A stretch of DNA of 64,000 bases, taken from contig OZ260667.1 in NCBI GenBank assembly GCA_965285935.1, positions 26,102,001 to 26,166,000 on the forward strand, read 5' to 3'. This document shows positions 36,001 through 50,600 of this stretch, in pieces. Numbering within the stretch: position 1 is the stretch's first letter; every line of letters starts with the position of its first letter. The notes under the pieces were generated by a model that was not told where the DNA came from, searched no databases, and saw only the letters and a program-made list of their open reading frames with translations. Both the position numbers and the translations under genes were made by a program. Source of the DNA: Ophelia neglecta. Taxonomy: Eukaryota.

Positions 36001-39000
36001 ACCAAATAACTGGTAGAATAATACGAATTCCCAGTGTTGAAAACTGCAATAATGGAGTGTCATATATAAAATCAAATGATGAACATAATGCATGTGGAAT
36101 GGGCATGACTGCCCCTAAAAGTACTATGAAGGAACAAACCGACTGTAGTTGTCTGTATACCAGGAAGAATAAATGGCAGATTAATAATGTGTGAAATGAT
36201 TATTATTGCAAATTATCATATATGTCATCAGTAACTGTTGTTAATATCTTAATATAAATGGCTGGTTTTGTCTGTCCATTTCGTAATTTGACGGAGGCAT
36301 CAATTTAACCGTGACAAATTACATCCCGCCTTTATTCAACTTTGTACTTGTTGGGATTTTATTATTAATTTGGCGTAGGTGACATGATGCAGACTTGAGA
36401 AAAACCAGCTTATAATCACATTACATGTTGGTGAATGTGTCATAAATTCGTGTGTGTGCCTGCTTAGCTTCTGGCTGTCCGTTTTATTGTCCAGTATGCA
36501 AAACCGCCATGACTGGTTACAAATTGGTGCAATCGTTGCGATTGAACATTTGGCCAGCCATTGACTTTGCGATGATTGGAATTCTATGCTTCAATGCTAC
36601 AATAGCAAAGATGTGACCAGCTGAAAACAACTATCAGTAACATTTATGTTGTATGGGAAGAGATGTTCGTTGGAAGAGAATGTGCAAAAATACACCACCG
36701 CATCCCAAAGCATTGAAATGAGTATGAGGTTATGGAGCAATTAGTATCTTACTAAATTCGTAGGCTCTGTAAGAGTGCTTTTCGACCTTCAGTCTAGAAA
36801 ATATAGAGCAACTTAGATGGATAAAACAAGAGAAATGACAGACATTTACATGCTCGTCATCAACGTCCTGCCCATCTACAGCTGCGAAAGGCTTTCGAGA
36901 ATCACAGCACAAGGAGTAATAGGTGTCCTGGTACCAACCAATTACTGGCTTCAGAGACTTGTCGTTAAAAGGATAATGTGACAGTTATACCAATTCCTAC
37001 ATAGCCTAAAAATATTATCTAGGTCAAACACATATCTTTGCGAATGATTCCATATTGTTTCAATGGATGTTCTGCGGACAACAAAAGCTGCTGTAGCCTT
37101 TATAACGGCTCCTTTATGGACAGTTGTTAAGTTACACAGTATTCTCTTTGCTTGCAGTCTGGTAATTAGTCGTAGCAAGGGTATGATTATAAGACAAATG
37201 ATATTAAGGACACTTCATAGCTAAAGCATTATTTCGTTTCATTCAAAATGATTTAAACAATCACTTTTTTCCTTTCGCCATATGAACAGGTGTGGCTATA
37301 TAGACTATCAAATATAACAACAGCCACAGCATGCCCTCAGCTGAACGGTATTGCTTCCTTCACGTATAATAGGCATTATCATAATGATGGGTTGGAGATG
37401 GATAATGTACGTTCATTTATTATCCTTCCTACAAATTTACATGAATAGATTCCCTTAACGCTGTCTGGTTCGGTTTTGACATACTATAGCCTGTCGAGAT
37501 AGCGCATAGAAGTATTCAAACAGTGGATGTTTCCTTTTTTGAATTACTTTTGAAAAGGCTAGACCCTGTTATTCAAAATAATGTTTCCTTCTTTGATGTT
37601 CGTGAATGTATTTAATCGCACCTCCATGGTTTTGCGAAGTGTCAATAAACTTCTGACTCAAGTATTTTTTTGAGTGATTACATATATTTGAGAATTTTTC
37701 TCTGTTAATATTTCCCACAGGCTGTGACTAAACAATCTATTGCCCTGATCTGCCAGGCTCCTGTCATGACCTACGTCCGGGATTTGTTACGTTGATATGA
37801 CATATACCAGTCTACCGCAGGCTATCACAAATGTTTTGATTTAAGACATCCTCCCAGTCTGGTTAGTCTATTTCTCGTCAAAAACTAATGGTTTAAATTG
37901 TTTATTTTGTCTTAAAAAAAATTTGATTTTTCTTGAAAAAAGCCATGACGTCGGCGGTCCGATTTGGTGCAATACAAGAATGCTTATCAACAAAAAATAT
38001 ATAGAGTGCAACCAACGGTGACCACTTCGTGACTCCTAGGTCAAGGCAATAAACTTACCACGAAAACCGACAGACCAGACCAGATCAGGCAGATCAGAGC
38101 ACCAGAGCATAGATTATGCTGTAAGAGTAACTACGATCCGACGAAAAAATTAACATAAAGCGTAAACCACTACCCAAATATGAGATATGAGTGGAGATAA
38201 GGGCTTCTGTCAAGTATAGATATATCATACCAAGTCAAGAAAAGGCTCTGTCTGAAATCTGGGTTCTGTCAATGTGGATTGACGGAGCTGATCCCTTTGT
38301 ACCTTACTCTCTGCCCCACATCTTAGTTCCACAAACAATTTATCTGTAGTTGGTCAGCTCCCTGTTGCTTCTGAAGAAATATGTTGATGTGTTTATAATA
38401 TGTCACTCACCGGCAGCTCAATAAATTAAATCAGTGCGAGTTGGCTCCACGTCTTGTGATATCTTTGTCTAACTTGTCTTAAGTGTCAGTTAGTTTAGCA
38501 AGGGTAAACACTTTTTTTACGTTAACGCCCTAGGTGTTGTTAATTGCCTTCTGGTGCAGTGATTTCATAACCCTTTCACTGACACTACCTTTTTCTTGTT
38601 CACATATATTGGTGAGCAGGGCATTCGGCAGGAAGTACTCCCTTTTCCGCGCATATATCGCAAACCAATAACTTTGTAGCTCTGATAAAGCATACGTTAT
38701 CGCGAGATATGTAGGCGGACCAACCGATAGAAAGGTTATTACATCGAAGCTATGAGGCAGGTTTGATTTCTATAAATATTAAACACATTGCAGGGTGGGC
38801 GGGAAATCACAATTTATTTAGGTAGATCGAGGGTGTTGGGGCTTGTCAATCTGTATGAGTTACCTCAGATATGGGGTAGGTCTCATTACAGAGCTTATAC
38901 CTATATGCTAGGTTAAATTTACCATGGTCTGGCAAAAATACCTAGGTTTTCAATTCTGACAAAGCTCATAAGCCATCATATGCATGTCACTATTTCGCCA

Positions 39001-41571
39001 CTTTGAATTTAACTTATTTTCAATACCGTGATAACGCATATAATTACACGATGGCAAACAATCAACCTGTTGATTATGTGGTAATACAATATTAGGTAAA
39101 CATCTGTAAGTTAAAAATGCATCGTTACTTCATTACATATTTCCAACGTTTTTTCTTTAAACTAAAAGTATATATATATATATAAGAGTCTTGCTGCTGT
39201 GTGCTCACCTAAAGGATTACGACACATTTTTATTTGGCCATGTGACAGAAGACTTTCTTTAGTTTTCGTGGATTGTAAATATTTCATGTCAGGGTCATTT
39301 CCCTTTCAGACATTGTCCTCGTCCTAGAGCAATTAATAAATAATGCCATGATTGTGTCAGCGTGGCTTGGAATAACGTTACACCGTGGATGTTTCATGCA
39401 TCATTTTCTACACAACAAAATATGTAGCCTTGCTTTCATGGGCGTGTTTCTTTTTTTTACCATGCCTTAACCGCAACGATCGTGTTTCTTAGTTTCTGAT
39501 ACTGTTCAACTGTCCTGTAATGCAGTCCGTTCAACATAGTCATATTTATATTTTACCAAAAACAATAACTATATTTATTCTGCAAAAACTATGTTGAGAA
39601 CGCCATTAATCATGATCCAAGCGATTAATGCGCTTTGTTTGTCAAAGGTCAAGACATTTGATCTGGTCAAGTTAATCGGAATCCAATTTTCAACATTAAC
39701 TCTTTGTTTATATCCGATAAAGGAAACGACCGATCATTTAATAAAAAAAACCTGGGAAAGTGCGTTTTTCGTGTATAATACTCAACAAATAGACATCACA
39801 TGCAATGGTAGATAAAATAAAACCGCATGAATAGCGTGGCATTTTGTTTAGGCGAAATAGGGAGCGAGCAAAAACTGTCGCGTCACAATTCTTGGGAGAG
39901 AGCAACTTAAGTTAGTGCGTACTTCCAAATGCATGCAATCGCTCTGAACGTTCCGTTGAGCTTCATGACACTGTTTGGAAGATTTTAGCTGATTTATTAA
40001 TTCTTCATTCCAGAATGATGAATATATCGCCTTTGACAGCCCTACGTTTGCAACACCCTTTGATCAAATCATATATGATGCAAGGTTTATGAGCTAAGTC
40101 ATTTATCAAGACTGTATCACACAAGTGGGCTCCCCGAAGGGGGATCCATTCTCATAGGATTGCTTGCAACTTCTTGACATCTGTAGAAAGCAAGGAATAT
40201 ATATCAAATATCATGGAAAAAGTTTGAACCACAAAGGTACCCTCATTGCACTTGGTAATTTTTTTTCTCCCTTTAATTTTTGGGCCGCCGTGGCCATGTA
40301 GCAGTAGCATAGCTACAGGACAGTTCCATGGAAGGAATGCAAGTTTCATGTATCATGGCATATCCTATTACTTTAACGATTAATGTTCTATGCCTTATGT
40401 GGTATTGGTATCCTTGTATCCATTGTCAGTTGTTTTGGCATTCGAAAAACCAGCTTGACAGAAACAGATAAGAAGACAACAGGAATGAATTTAACAGAGC
40501 GAAAATCATGAGAAAACAATATTTGAGCAAAGACAGCATTAACATTCTGTGATCCTTAGTTTTAAGATTTAAGAATTGTTATTAGAATTATTATTTACAG
40601 GAACATGACTTAAACATATAAAGTAGATATTTCAAAATTGTTTTTAGTTTTAGGTTAATCTTGTGCCGGTAGTAGTCTACTTATATTGTTCCAAGGAAAA
40701 ACAAGATTGGGGTAAAGTCATTAAAACGGTCCTCAGGAACATCAAACTTGTGAGACCAAAAAAACATCCCCTCGTTTTATTGCAATTTATAATCGTGCGT
40801 TCGACAGTAGTTTATGGTAAACGCTGATTATCTTACCAAACAATAGAATAAAGACTGAACACAGGAACTTTGTTAGAATACTCGTTATGTCTTGCAATTT
40901 CTGAGGTAGAAAAAACCTCTTTGTTAACTTCGGCCAATTTAGAGGTTCTTTTAGTGACTGTAATGCCGAATATAATAATCAGCATTCAAGGGATTTCATC
41001 TCATACTTGATGTATCATTGGCTACATTTTACCTAAAAATGCCTAGGAAACATTTTGTTGTCACTGGGGGACCAAATACCTTTTAGTAACCATTTCTTCC
41101 TGAATGGTTTGCTGAAAGAAACCAGCGACAGACATTCCTTCTTGTAAATGACGTAAACCAGAGACAATCGGCACGTTTCCATCTGGACTCTTCAGAATAT
41201 TAATGAGGCTGAGACTGAAAGAAGCTCAAAGAGCTATGAAAGCAGTACAGATTAAGCGCCATGTATTTTTTTAAGTCTGCCGCGAGGACAGAGGCCAACT
41301 ATCCCGATAATGGAAAGTTATATTGCTCTCAGAAAACGTGTACTGTCTAGGGAAAAAAAAACATTTTCCAATGGGTTTTATTTCCCATGGAATTGTGTAG
41401 CTTTTACCTCACAATACTATTAATATGGAGACAGTATTGCACAAAGCACGTGTGCCTTTTTTTTTATTGGTAAATCCACTCCATGCATTTTCCATTGTCT
41501 TAACGCTAGATTACTTCCAGGTAATGTCGCGTTGTTGCCTCTGAGCGGATTTTACATGTGTCAACACCGTC

Positions 41572-41652
41572 GGAACGCTTCATTACCAGGAATCAATGGT
41601 CTTCGCGGCAAAGCACCTCAGACAACATTATTTTCTGGTAATGTAGCGTTCC
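41572..41652. repeat. 81-nt inverted repeat / hairpin
   Basis: GGAACGCTTCATTACCAGGA (41572-41591) versus the reverse complement of 41633-41652, GGAACGCTACATTACCAGAA (18/20). Confidence 0.75.
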
Positions 41653-44600
41653 TCTCGCATTAACTTATACGTAATGAATGAATGTTGTATTCATAAAGCT
41701 CTGCCTTTGTATCATTAAAACGGGTTCTACCACAAATGGGTTGTATTTTAGAGTGATGACCAGGACCATGCAAATAAACCAATTATTGACAACAGAGCGT
41801 CATAGACTAGGTAACCATAACACACATGCAACAGGTTTGCACGTTGTTTTATTCTTATCTATAAGTGATTCCCAGAAGTAGGTGGGGTCGGCTGGTACAC
41901 ATTACCAAAGTTGTGACAGTAGACAAGATTGGATCAAGACATTTAGTTAAGTGCGAATATTGCCATTTTCTCACAGGTGTATGAGCAACAAGAAATATTA
42001 ATACTACTAATATTAATAATACTGTAGTTCAAAGGATCCGCCAATAAAACCCTAAATATGTATGCCACAAGCCTTGCAAACAATATACTTACTGAACGAA
42101 TATTGGTTGCATGACAGAATTGAAGAATTATCAGAATTTACTTTTTGTCGTGTTTTTTACACAGACAGTGTTTGACCTGTAATTAAGCATTATAAGCTTT
42201 GATAACGGCGGTCTCTATCATCAACTATACTAAACTCACTTGTTTTCTTCTTATGCCTAAAAAACGGGATTGGATTAACAGCAAAAAGAAGAGTTTAGAT
42301 TTTTGGCAAAATAAAACCTAGAATATTCCACCAACTGACCAATTCGCCGTCAATCCCACCAATTTATACAGTCATAATGTCAATGTGAGCCGGCATCCAG
42401 TTGAGTATACCCATGAAAAGTTCACCTAACAGTGACTTGTATAAGGTGTTATATTTCCCAGATTTACCAGGTGCAACCGATGGCCGCCAGTGCTCCAAAA
42501 TAACTCAATAAAAGTAGCATCATCTTTTTACTTTCAAAATCACACTTCTACATCGCAGTGCCCGCATAAATCAACTCAGGAAGCAATAAGGTGACTAGCT
42601 GTGGGCAATATCCGAATAACATGTTATTTCTCAAAATCCCAGCTAGGATTGTATAAGGCCTTTCACCATGGATGTTCTGATGTTCTTGCCACAGGCACAG
42701 TGCCAGAAAATCATGTTCTGAGTTCAAATAATACCACTGATCCTCCGATACAACTGTGAAAATCATACTGCCACACTTGCATGTTTTGTAAGAGCCAGTG
42801 TTAAGATCTACCATCCTGCGAATGCGCTTTCGAGTTTCCAGACCCTTTAATAACAGTCTAACTACAGTAGTTAACTAAAATTGTTTTCGTTTTTAGTAAA
42901 GTCATAATATACAAAGACACTGATCGTATAAATGCCTTAATGAATTATGTCAAATGACTGTTATTCTTCTGTAATGGTTAGTGCCCGGTCGGCTAATTTA
43001 CACCCCTAGTTGACTTCCTTCTCATTCAGCTTTCTTACTTAGTATAAACAAACTCGCAATTTGTTGTCAACAATAAGCATTACTAATATTTCCTTTCCCT
43101 GTCCCATGGAAGGATGGGACTAATGCAGGGATCATGCTTTAACAGCTTCAACTAAACATGATTTTATATTATATACTGGATTTCAACTGGCGCTACCTTA
43201 GTGCGATAGGAATGTTTTTTTAAAGGCAGAATCTTGATCGACTTTTTATCTGCTCTTTGTAGCCTACAGTTTTTTTCGTCTATGATACGCACATCCAGTA
43301 AAACTAATTTTGTTTCTAATTTGTTCTGGCGAATAGTGTCATACATTAAGACTTTAGTTATCATATATATTCATTTTGGAGTGCTGTAAGATTATGGCAT
43401 GGTAAATAAGTAATTGATCACATGTAGAATATTTTGTTAGGGAAGAACTTGCGAAGCCGTTTTGTCTGCTAAATATAAAGTATCAAAATCAATGCAGAAT
43501 AGTACTGGTTGCATCTGGCAATGGGTTGGCAGTGCTATCGTTGCCCTCTAGTAAATTTAGAGAAAACTTTACGCCACTCTTCACTCATCTAACGACACAT
43601 AAAACAATTTACTATAAATAATCAACCTTCGTGGTGGTATGGTTATTCCCGCCATAACGAGCTAAGCAAGGTGCTGGCATATAATACACGAACTGTTGTA
43701 CATACGATTAATGAGTAAAACATAAAAGATGTTCGGTGAAAGCATTTGATTCAGCTGACTTATTTCGACCAAAAATTCCTTGAACACTACTGTACACAAC
43801 AAGGAACAGATAGAGTTAAAAAAGTAATGCTCCCAACTAAAATTAGGATGGAAACCTTATTCACACCGAATGTCGAAATAGAACTCCAATTATGGGTCGT
43901 TACTAAAGACAGGATTATGATCCAGACATTTATCGGAATAACACGCCGTAAAACACTACCTTAATTCATATGAATGTAAATACGGGCGTCGATGCAACAT
44001 CTATAGGGTTGCCTCTACTTGAATAACTTTCTAGGGGTTAATTAAGCAACATCGTAATCAATCTTTGGTTCCAGCAACTGAGGTGAGCAGCGTTGGCTCT
44101 CACACTTTAAAGAATGCAGCTGTTAGCATTCGGAAACAACAGGTCATATATGAACATAACACATGATATTGCTAAATACAAGTTACCATGCAATTTTACA
44201 GCCCGTTATTTTTAAATCCACACATTTGCAAAATTATATTCGAACATGTTTATCCGACTTATACCAAGACTCGACCACATGCAAATCTAATTTACTGTCG
44301 TTCCATCTGACCCTACATTTAGTGGATTATTGACGATAATTTAATTGATCAAATCGTCGGTACATTAAGGCCCCGAGCAGCTGTATTATCGACCCCACTT
44401 CGAAACTAAAAAAATATGTCCTATCTTTTAACACACCTATTTCTTATCTAGGCTTAATGGAGAACGTACAAGAAACACTTAGTGAAACCTTGTGATGAAA
44501 TTCGATGATTGTTTCCTTGAGCTCTTCGTGCAATGATTAGAGTATGTATAGTATATGACACAGGAGAACTGAAAGGTACGGATGTCTGAAACTATTAATT

Positions 44601-47600
44601 TCTTCATGTGGGGTCAAAAACAAATTGACACTTTTTGGGTTTTCTTCATTTACACTATTTCCACCACTTAGCACCGTGTTAGAACTGCCCATAAAAATCA
44701 GTGAACGGAATGTTCTGAAAAACACCCATTTCATATAAACCTTCGTTTGCTTGACAGAGGGAATGTGACTTATAACAGCCTGATGCGAATGTCCCTCGCT
44801 TCACAGTAGTATTTCAGACTTGGCCGTAAATATAAACGCTTGGGTCGTTATTAATAAATATCCCATCGGCCTAGTGGTAATCCATCTAACAGCTAAAAAA
44901 TTTTGAGAGCCGATGTATGATACAGATGTAATGCAAACATACAACACCTATCAATGATACATTAAGGATTATACTAAATGAAAAAGAAACAAAGCCAAGT
45001 ATACTGACCTCTCGTTCCTTCCGCCAGGGGAACATATTGAACGAACATAAGATGAAACCATACAGTTATCCATGATAAATGAAACCAGAACATGCTCAGA
45101 AAGGACAACTGTGTCGTATCAACACGTAATATGTTTTTTTATGAAATAGATTAACAAGTAAACAATTAATGGTCCTCGGTAAATGAATCTGTGGTATCCG
45201 ACAACAATTCTTTATTTTATCCGATGAATTAATAAGTTTTCGTCGCCATGTCTATGCACGAAGTTCTTTCAGATGTATGTGAATAAGTTCAGCGTTTCAC
45301 CACATGTCAGCCCTGAGCGAGTAGCGAGTGTACATGTGCTAGGTCCTCGCTAGAGCGAGTTATCTTTCCCCTCTGACAAGGTTACCATCGGCGCGCGGTC
45401 CAACAGCGGGATGCACCAGTCAGATTGTAGCCTCGATATTTTTCTGTCGTTAAAAATCATGTGCTCTGGTGACTTCAAAATGTAACTTGCATTATAACAG
45501 TGCAAAGGGGATAGAGGTTAAACCCAAAAGTGATTTATATAAAAATACCCCATACTTAGAGTAAGTTGGTAGCGTAATTCATACAATTTGTTTACACTTC
45601 ATTGCGACTTTAAGATAAGCATTGGTTTTTAATGTAATAACACATCGGGCATAACATAAAGAGTGAACGCTCATTACCAGATAGGTGTATTTGCTTATTC
45701 GGCTTCACAGACTGGTGTGTTAATAATCATTTACCTTTAAATATTTTACAGTTTGAAGTTAGTAAAGGGAATCGCCCAAGTACGTTTAAAGTGACACTTT
45801 TATAGTTGCTTTTTTTATAAGCGCTTGATATAATATATTCATTATTCGTAAACAGAAACCATACATACTCGTCGCAAAAAAACATTTCTTGAAGCATATA
45901 TATTATTAAGACATCACGTTCAGTGAAATTTTGCATCAAATAGCGAAGGAAACTAAGAAAGGTTCAAGTTTCCGAAATACAATCGAGCGCGCTTATAAGG
46001 TGACGAAATGCGCTTAAATACCCCTTACCTTAACATTAACCATCGTATGTTCGACAATTGAATCCCTCTTTTCAACTGGTTAATTGATAGACAAAGGAAA
46101 ATAGCACATTCATTACAATCAGAAAGTATCTAACCCCAGTTTAGTTACAATGGGTAGCCTGTATCTTTAAGTGGCAACACGATAAGGAGGATTACAATGA
46201 TTCTTTCCAGAGCCTAACTGAGTCACAATTAGAATCTAAGATATTTAACATAAGCTTGGAAAAAATAATAGACAGTTTAATAGGCACCAGGCACGGCACA
46301 TTTAAGATTATCCAACAAACTTGGAGCACACGTTTTCTGTAACCATGGCAAGTTTAATATAAGAAATCACTGAGAGTGGATACCCGAGAGCAATATGGGG
46401 TTTTTGTCACTCGTAACACTTGATCATACCTAACAACAAGAAATGTATAGTCGAACCCAAAGAAAAGATGCAGTCCAATAAAACCATATCTAGAACATTA
46501 GAAGTCGCCGATAAATGACTTCCTCTTCTAACTGCTTGATGAGAAATAGGCTTCTAATTGTGCTGTTATGAGAGAGATATCAACGCGTATTATTGCATCA
46601 GACTCAAAGTGGTTTTGCTGATACATAACATAACCCAGGGGGTAGCTCGCGGAGGAATGCTGAAACCTATGGCCCAATTCAGGCTATCCTTCCATGGAGC
46701 AGAACCTCTCTCAACTTAGCATACAAACGTATGACGGCCTGCATGTCTATTTTGTGTTCGTAAAGTAAGTAATGCTTTAAGTGAAAATTCGCCTAACATA
46801 ATATGTTAGCTTTTACTACTCTCCCACTAGACCACCTCCTTCAAGTTCATGAACGAGAATCGGGTACTAGCGCCTAAGTGGCTATTATGGATAAGTTCCA
46901 TATACCAAGCGCAAAATAAGAGCTGGAAACTATCCCGGAACAATAGATAAAAGAAGATAGACACAAGTGGTAGATGCCGGGATCTCCATATATTAACATT
47001 AATGCCAATCCACTATTACTAATCGTGCTAGGGTGAAAGCGTTCCGTCTGGAAAGGTAATTCATTAAGGTTGAGCACATGTCATCTACGTTCTAATTGGC
47101 TTAAGGGCATATATGGCAGGGTTATTTGTAGTTTCTACAATAAGTCAAAAATGCGATGAATATGGACCTGCATACTCCTAGTTTAGTGTCGTCACGAACC
47201 TAATTTCCACATGATGAAAGATACCCCAATCCACTTTTTTATTTCGGCATGAGTGTTTTAGACTAATGTTAAGCCGCATTCCGGTTTCTCTGTCCAAAGA
47301 GGCAAATGTAGATTTTAGGGCAGTGATATGCCTAATACTAACATAGTCCCAGGGACTGTTTTAATAACATCTTTACCATGTGTACTTTAGCCGCCCTGAA
47401 AACAGACACCCACAACCATTCGTCGTTCTGATCCTAAAGAACACACAAAATCCTTATATCAAAATAAACATAAGCGGATTCCTGTTTTTGACTGTGTTAA
47501 AAGCCATATTATACCACCATCGGGTGTCTTCACGTGATATCAGATTTGTAAAGTTCATTTCATTATTTCACCTTCTATCATTAATTTGGTTTAATTAAAA

Positions 47601-50600
47601 AGTGCGTATTGCCATTCTGAAAGCTTGACTGGGAATGAAAATGCTGTCATGTACCTCAAGGTCTCCTTACAATGGATAAAGGGTGGTTTAATTTTCAGAA
47701 AAAAGTGAAAACAAATTTTGCCAATTACTTTGCATTAATGATTTATAGAAAACAATATTTAAGGTAAAAAAGCGTTTGTGTCAAAGAGTCATGGGTGCAT
47801 AGTTTACAAAATTACACTTATTTTTCACCATTACGGGTAATTCAACTTTTCATGGCTCTCCCGAAATGTGTGAAAAGAGCCAAAGATAATTTCCATTGGT
47901 GCCATCGGCAAATATATCCTGCTCTAAATGGGCGCATAGATAAAAGTACTGGGACCCCTTCTAGCATTACACCGATTGTGAGCTGGTATTTGTCTTTTAA
48001 TCCTAATTATCCCCCGATGTTTGTGAACAACTAAATCCTGATAATCTATCTTTTTCAATGAATATAAATTTAGTCAAACTGAGCAAAGTTTACCGCGTGG
48101 CTCCAAACCATCTAGCCAATTGATAATGGCACAATTAGTCATTATAACAGGCACCACTTAAGTATAGTGCTAGATGTCCTTATTCAATAGCGCTGTGAAC
48201 ACTGCACACTTCATAAGCCTACTGCTGCAAATTAATTGTTATATAAGTGGCATGGGTTTTGCTGTAAATTGTTTCCTTATATCTTAATATCCTGAGTTTG
48301 GCGTAAGTTTTGCACCTATGTCTATTTAACGAATCATGAAATTGCCAAATTTTAATGAACAGCAATATCATAACAAATACTGACTTAAAGAGTCTCAGGA
48401 TTAGAGAAGTGGCATGTTTTTGATTTATCCTTCCTGACTCATTTCCAATCGAAGTACACTGTTAATGAAATAAGGGAACATCAGAATAGCTTGTGAATGG
48501 AATAGTTTGCTGTGCTTTAAGGCTGATTCGCTATATACAGTTTTCTTGGAGGAATAAATTATACACAACCTGTGGATTTGTTTAACCCAAAATATTGGTA
48601 ACCTATATAAATTGTATTTCTTTTCAAACTCTTTATAGGGCTTGAAAATAAACTTACAGAGTAGAATAGATATGGATAAATCAAACTTACTACATGTGTA
48701 CCAAGAGTTGTTGTTGTTATCGCCACCCTAGGTCAATGGGTCGTGATAAGCTTAGGCATTATGGATGTTTTTGGGAAAGTCTATCAACCGATATTACAAT
48801 ATCTTCCCTTGTCAAATAATAGTTCAAGACGAAAGATTAGAATAGCTTCACTCACATATAAACATCTCACTGGTTAAAAAGCAACACTAGTGTATTCCAC
48901 ACTAAGGCATTAATAAAGCATTGTAATTTAAGCTTTGTCAATGCTTGTTCTCCGGGTAAATTCGAACAAGTGTTTGGCAATCTGCTGTAGGACTTACAAG
49001 GACCCTTGTAAAACATCTAAAATACTGATCTCATCTTGATCGTCCGTTACTGTCCGCATCTCTGCATGTGTAAAGACGTTGGATCTGTTAGATCGGACGG
49101 ACAAGTTCAACAAGACTAGCATTTACTTCAGATAAATATCTTTTGGGCGTCATAGAAAACTATTTACAAAATTCATTTGTCCTGACAAATTTCAGAGAGC
49201 GCCTCTGGGTTGGTGTTGATGGTTGGCGACAGGTTTTGAGATTGCGAGAATACCCCTGGGCGCCAGTTACCAGTCAGGGACAGCTATAGAGGGCTGTCCG
49301 TGTGACATCTTTTAGATAATTCACCATTTTGTTTAAAGTACCTGCCACTTTCCATACACAAACATTACATGAAAGTCACTAGTCAGTTGCTTCATGCGTG
49401 TATTGAAGGTGCAGGGAAAGTATGGGTTTTGGGTTGTTCTTTACATACATAATTCTGCAATAAATTAATAACATAAACTTATGACAAACTTATAGAATTA
49501 CATCATAATTCCTATTCGTATTTCAGCTCATTCTACTTTTACTCATGTGTTCGTATTATAAATGTATTCTCTTAATGGACATTTGACAGGAAAAATCACA
49601 AAACTTCTATCGGCGACTTAAAAAAGACAGCCCATAAATAGTCCTGCTGGTAAAGTCGTCCTACTTTTGATATCGGGCCACAGTTTTTTTCTGAACTAAC
49701 CCACTCTAGAACAAAAAAATTATGATTGCGATAGTTTCACATCATCTGCTGCATCTTTATGCTGTATCTCACGGCTAGAGAGCATTCTTGTTGAAGATGT
49801 GTGGGGTCGAAATTGTGCTGCAGCCAGGTTAAATTATAGCCAAGACGAACAAATAAATAATTCCACATTATCTCTGACCAAGGGCTCCGATCAAATTGGG
49901 GAGTGGTTAAAAAATGCAATTTCATTGAAAATAACTGGCATTACCTAGGAACGGCCGGAATTCTTCACATTTAATTATTTGATCTAATTTAATTGTTATA
50001 TATGCTATCTAAACCAGTTACGCTGTTATTGCGACTGAAACATTTGCACCTAAGCAAACGGTAGCGTTTTAGTACAAAACGGCCTGGCAGAATAATTTCA
50101 TTCGGCGCATTTGTACTTCATTTTTTGTTACATTAACGAATGAATACGTTATAGGTAATGTCAAAGACAATGTTTAAGCTTACTATATTTAGGTGTAAAG
50201 TGGTATTTTGTCTATTGTCGGATAATTTAACTTCCGGATAGCCCAAATTCGATGCTTTGAGAAGCAATAACGAGTACATTTTCAAGGAAAGAAACATTAT
50301 TTCTACAAAGAAGTGAATATTTCGTTATATTGGGTGATATCAAATTGCTTTAAGGCTTTGCCTAGTTTATATGGAACCTTACTGTCAGAATCTATGCAAC
50401 TCGGTTTTGAACACAACGGAGATAGGGAATCACAAACTGATTTGACTGATTAACGCAAAGGTCGCGGACACTTTCAACAAATTTGATGGGGGCCTCCTCG
50501 GTACGTCTACCCACTTCATTCATTAATTTAAAACTCGTTTGATGACCTGGTTACATGGTTATTAGCCTCTCGGGGATATTAGCCCAGAGAACGATAAGCA

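Noticed and set aside
42548-42814. SWIM/MULE-like VDL...CKCG fragment
   Set aside because: The downstream C-x-H motif is absent, so it is too weak to call.
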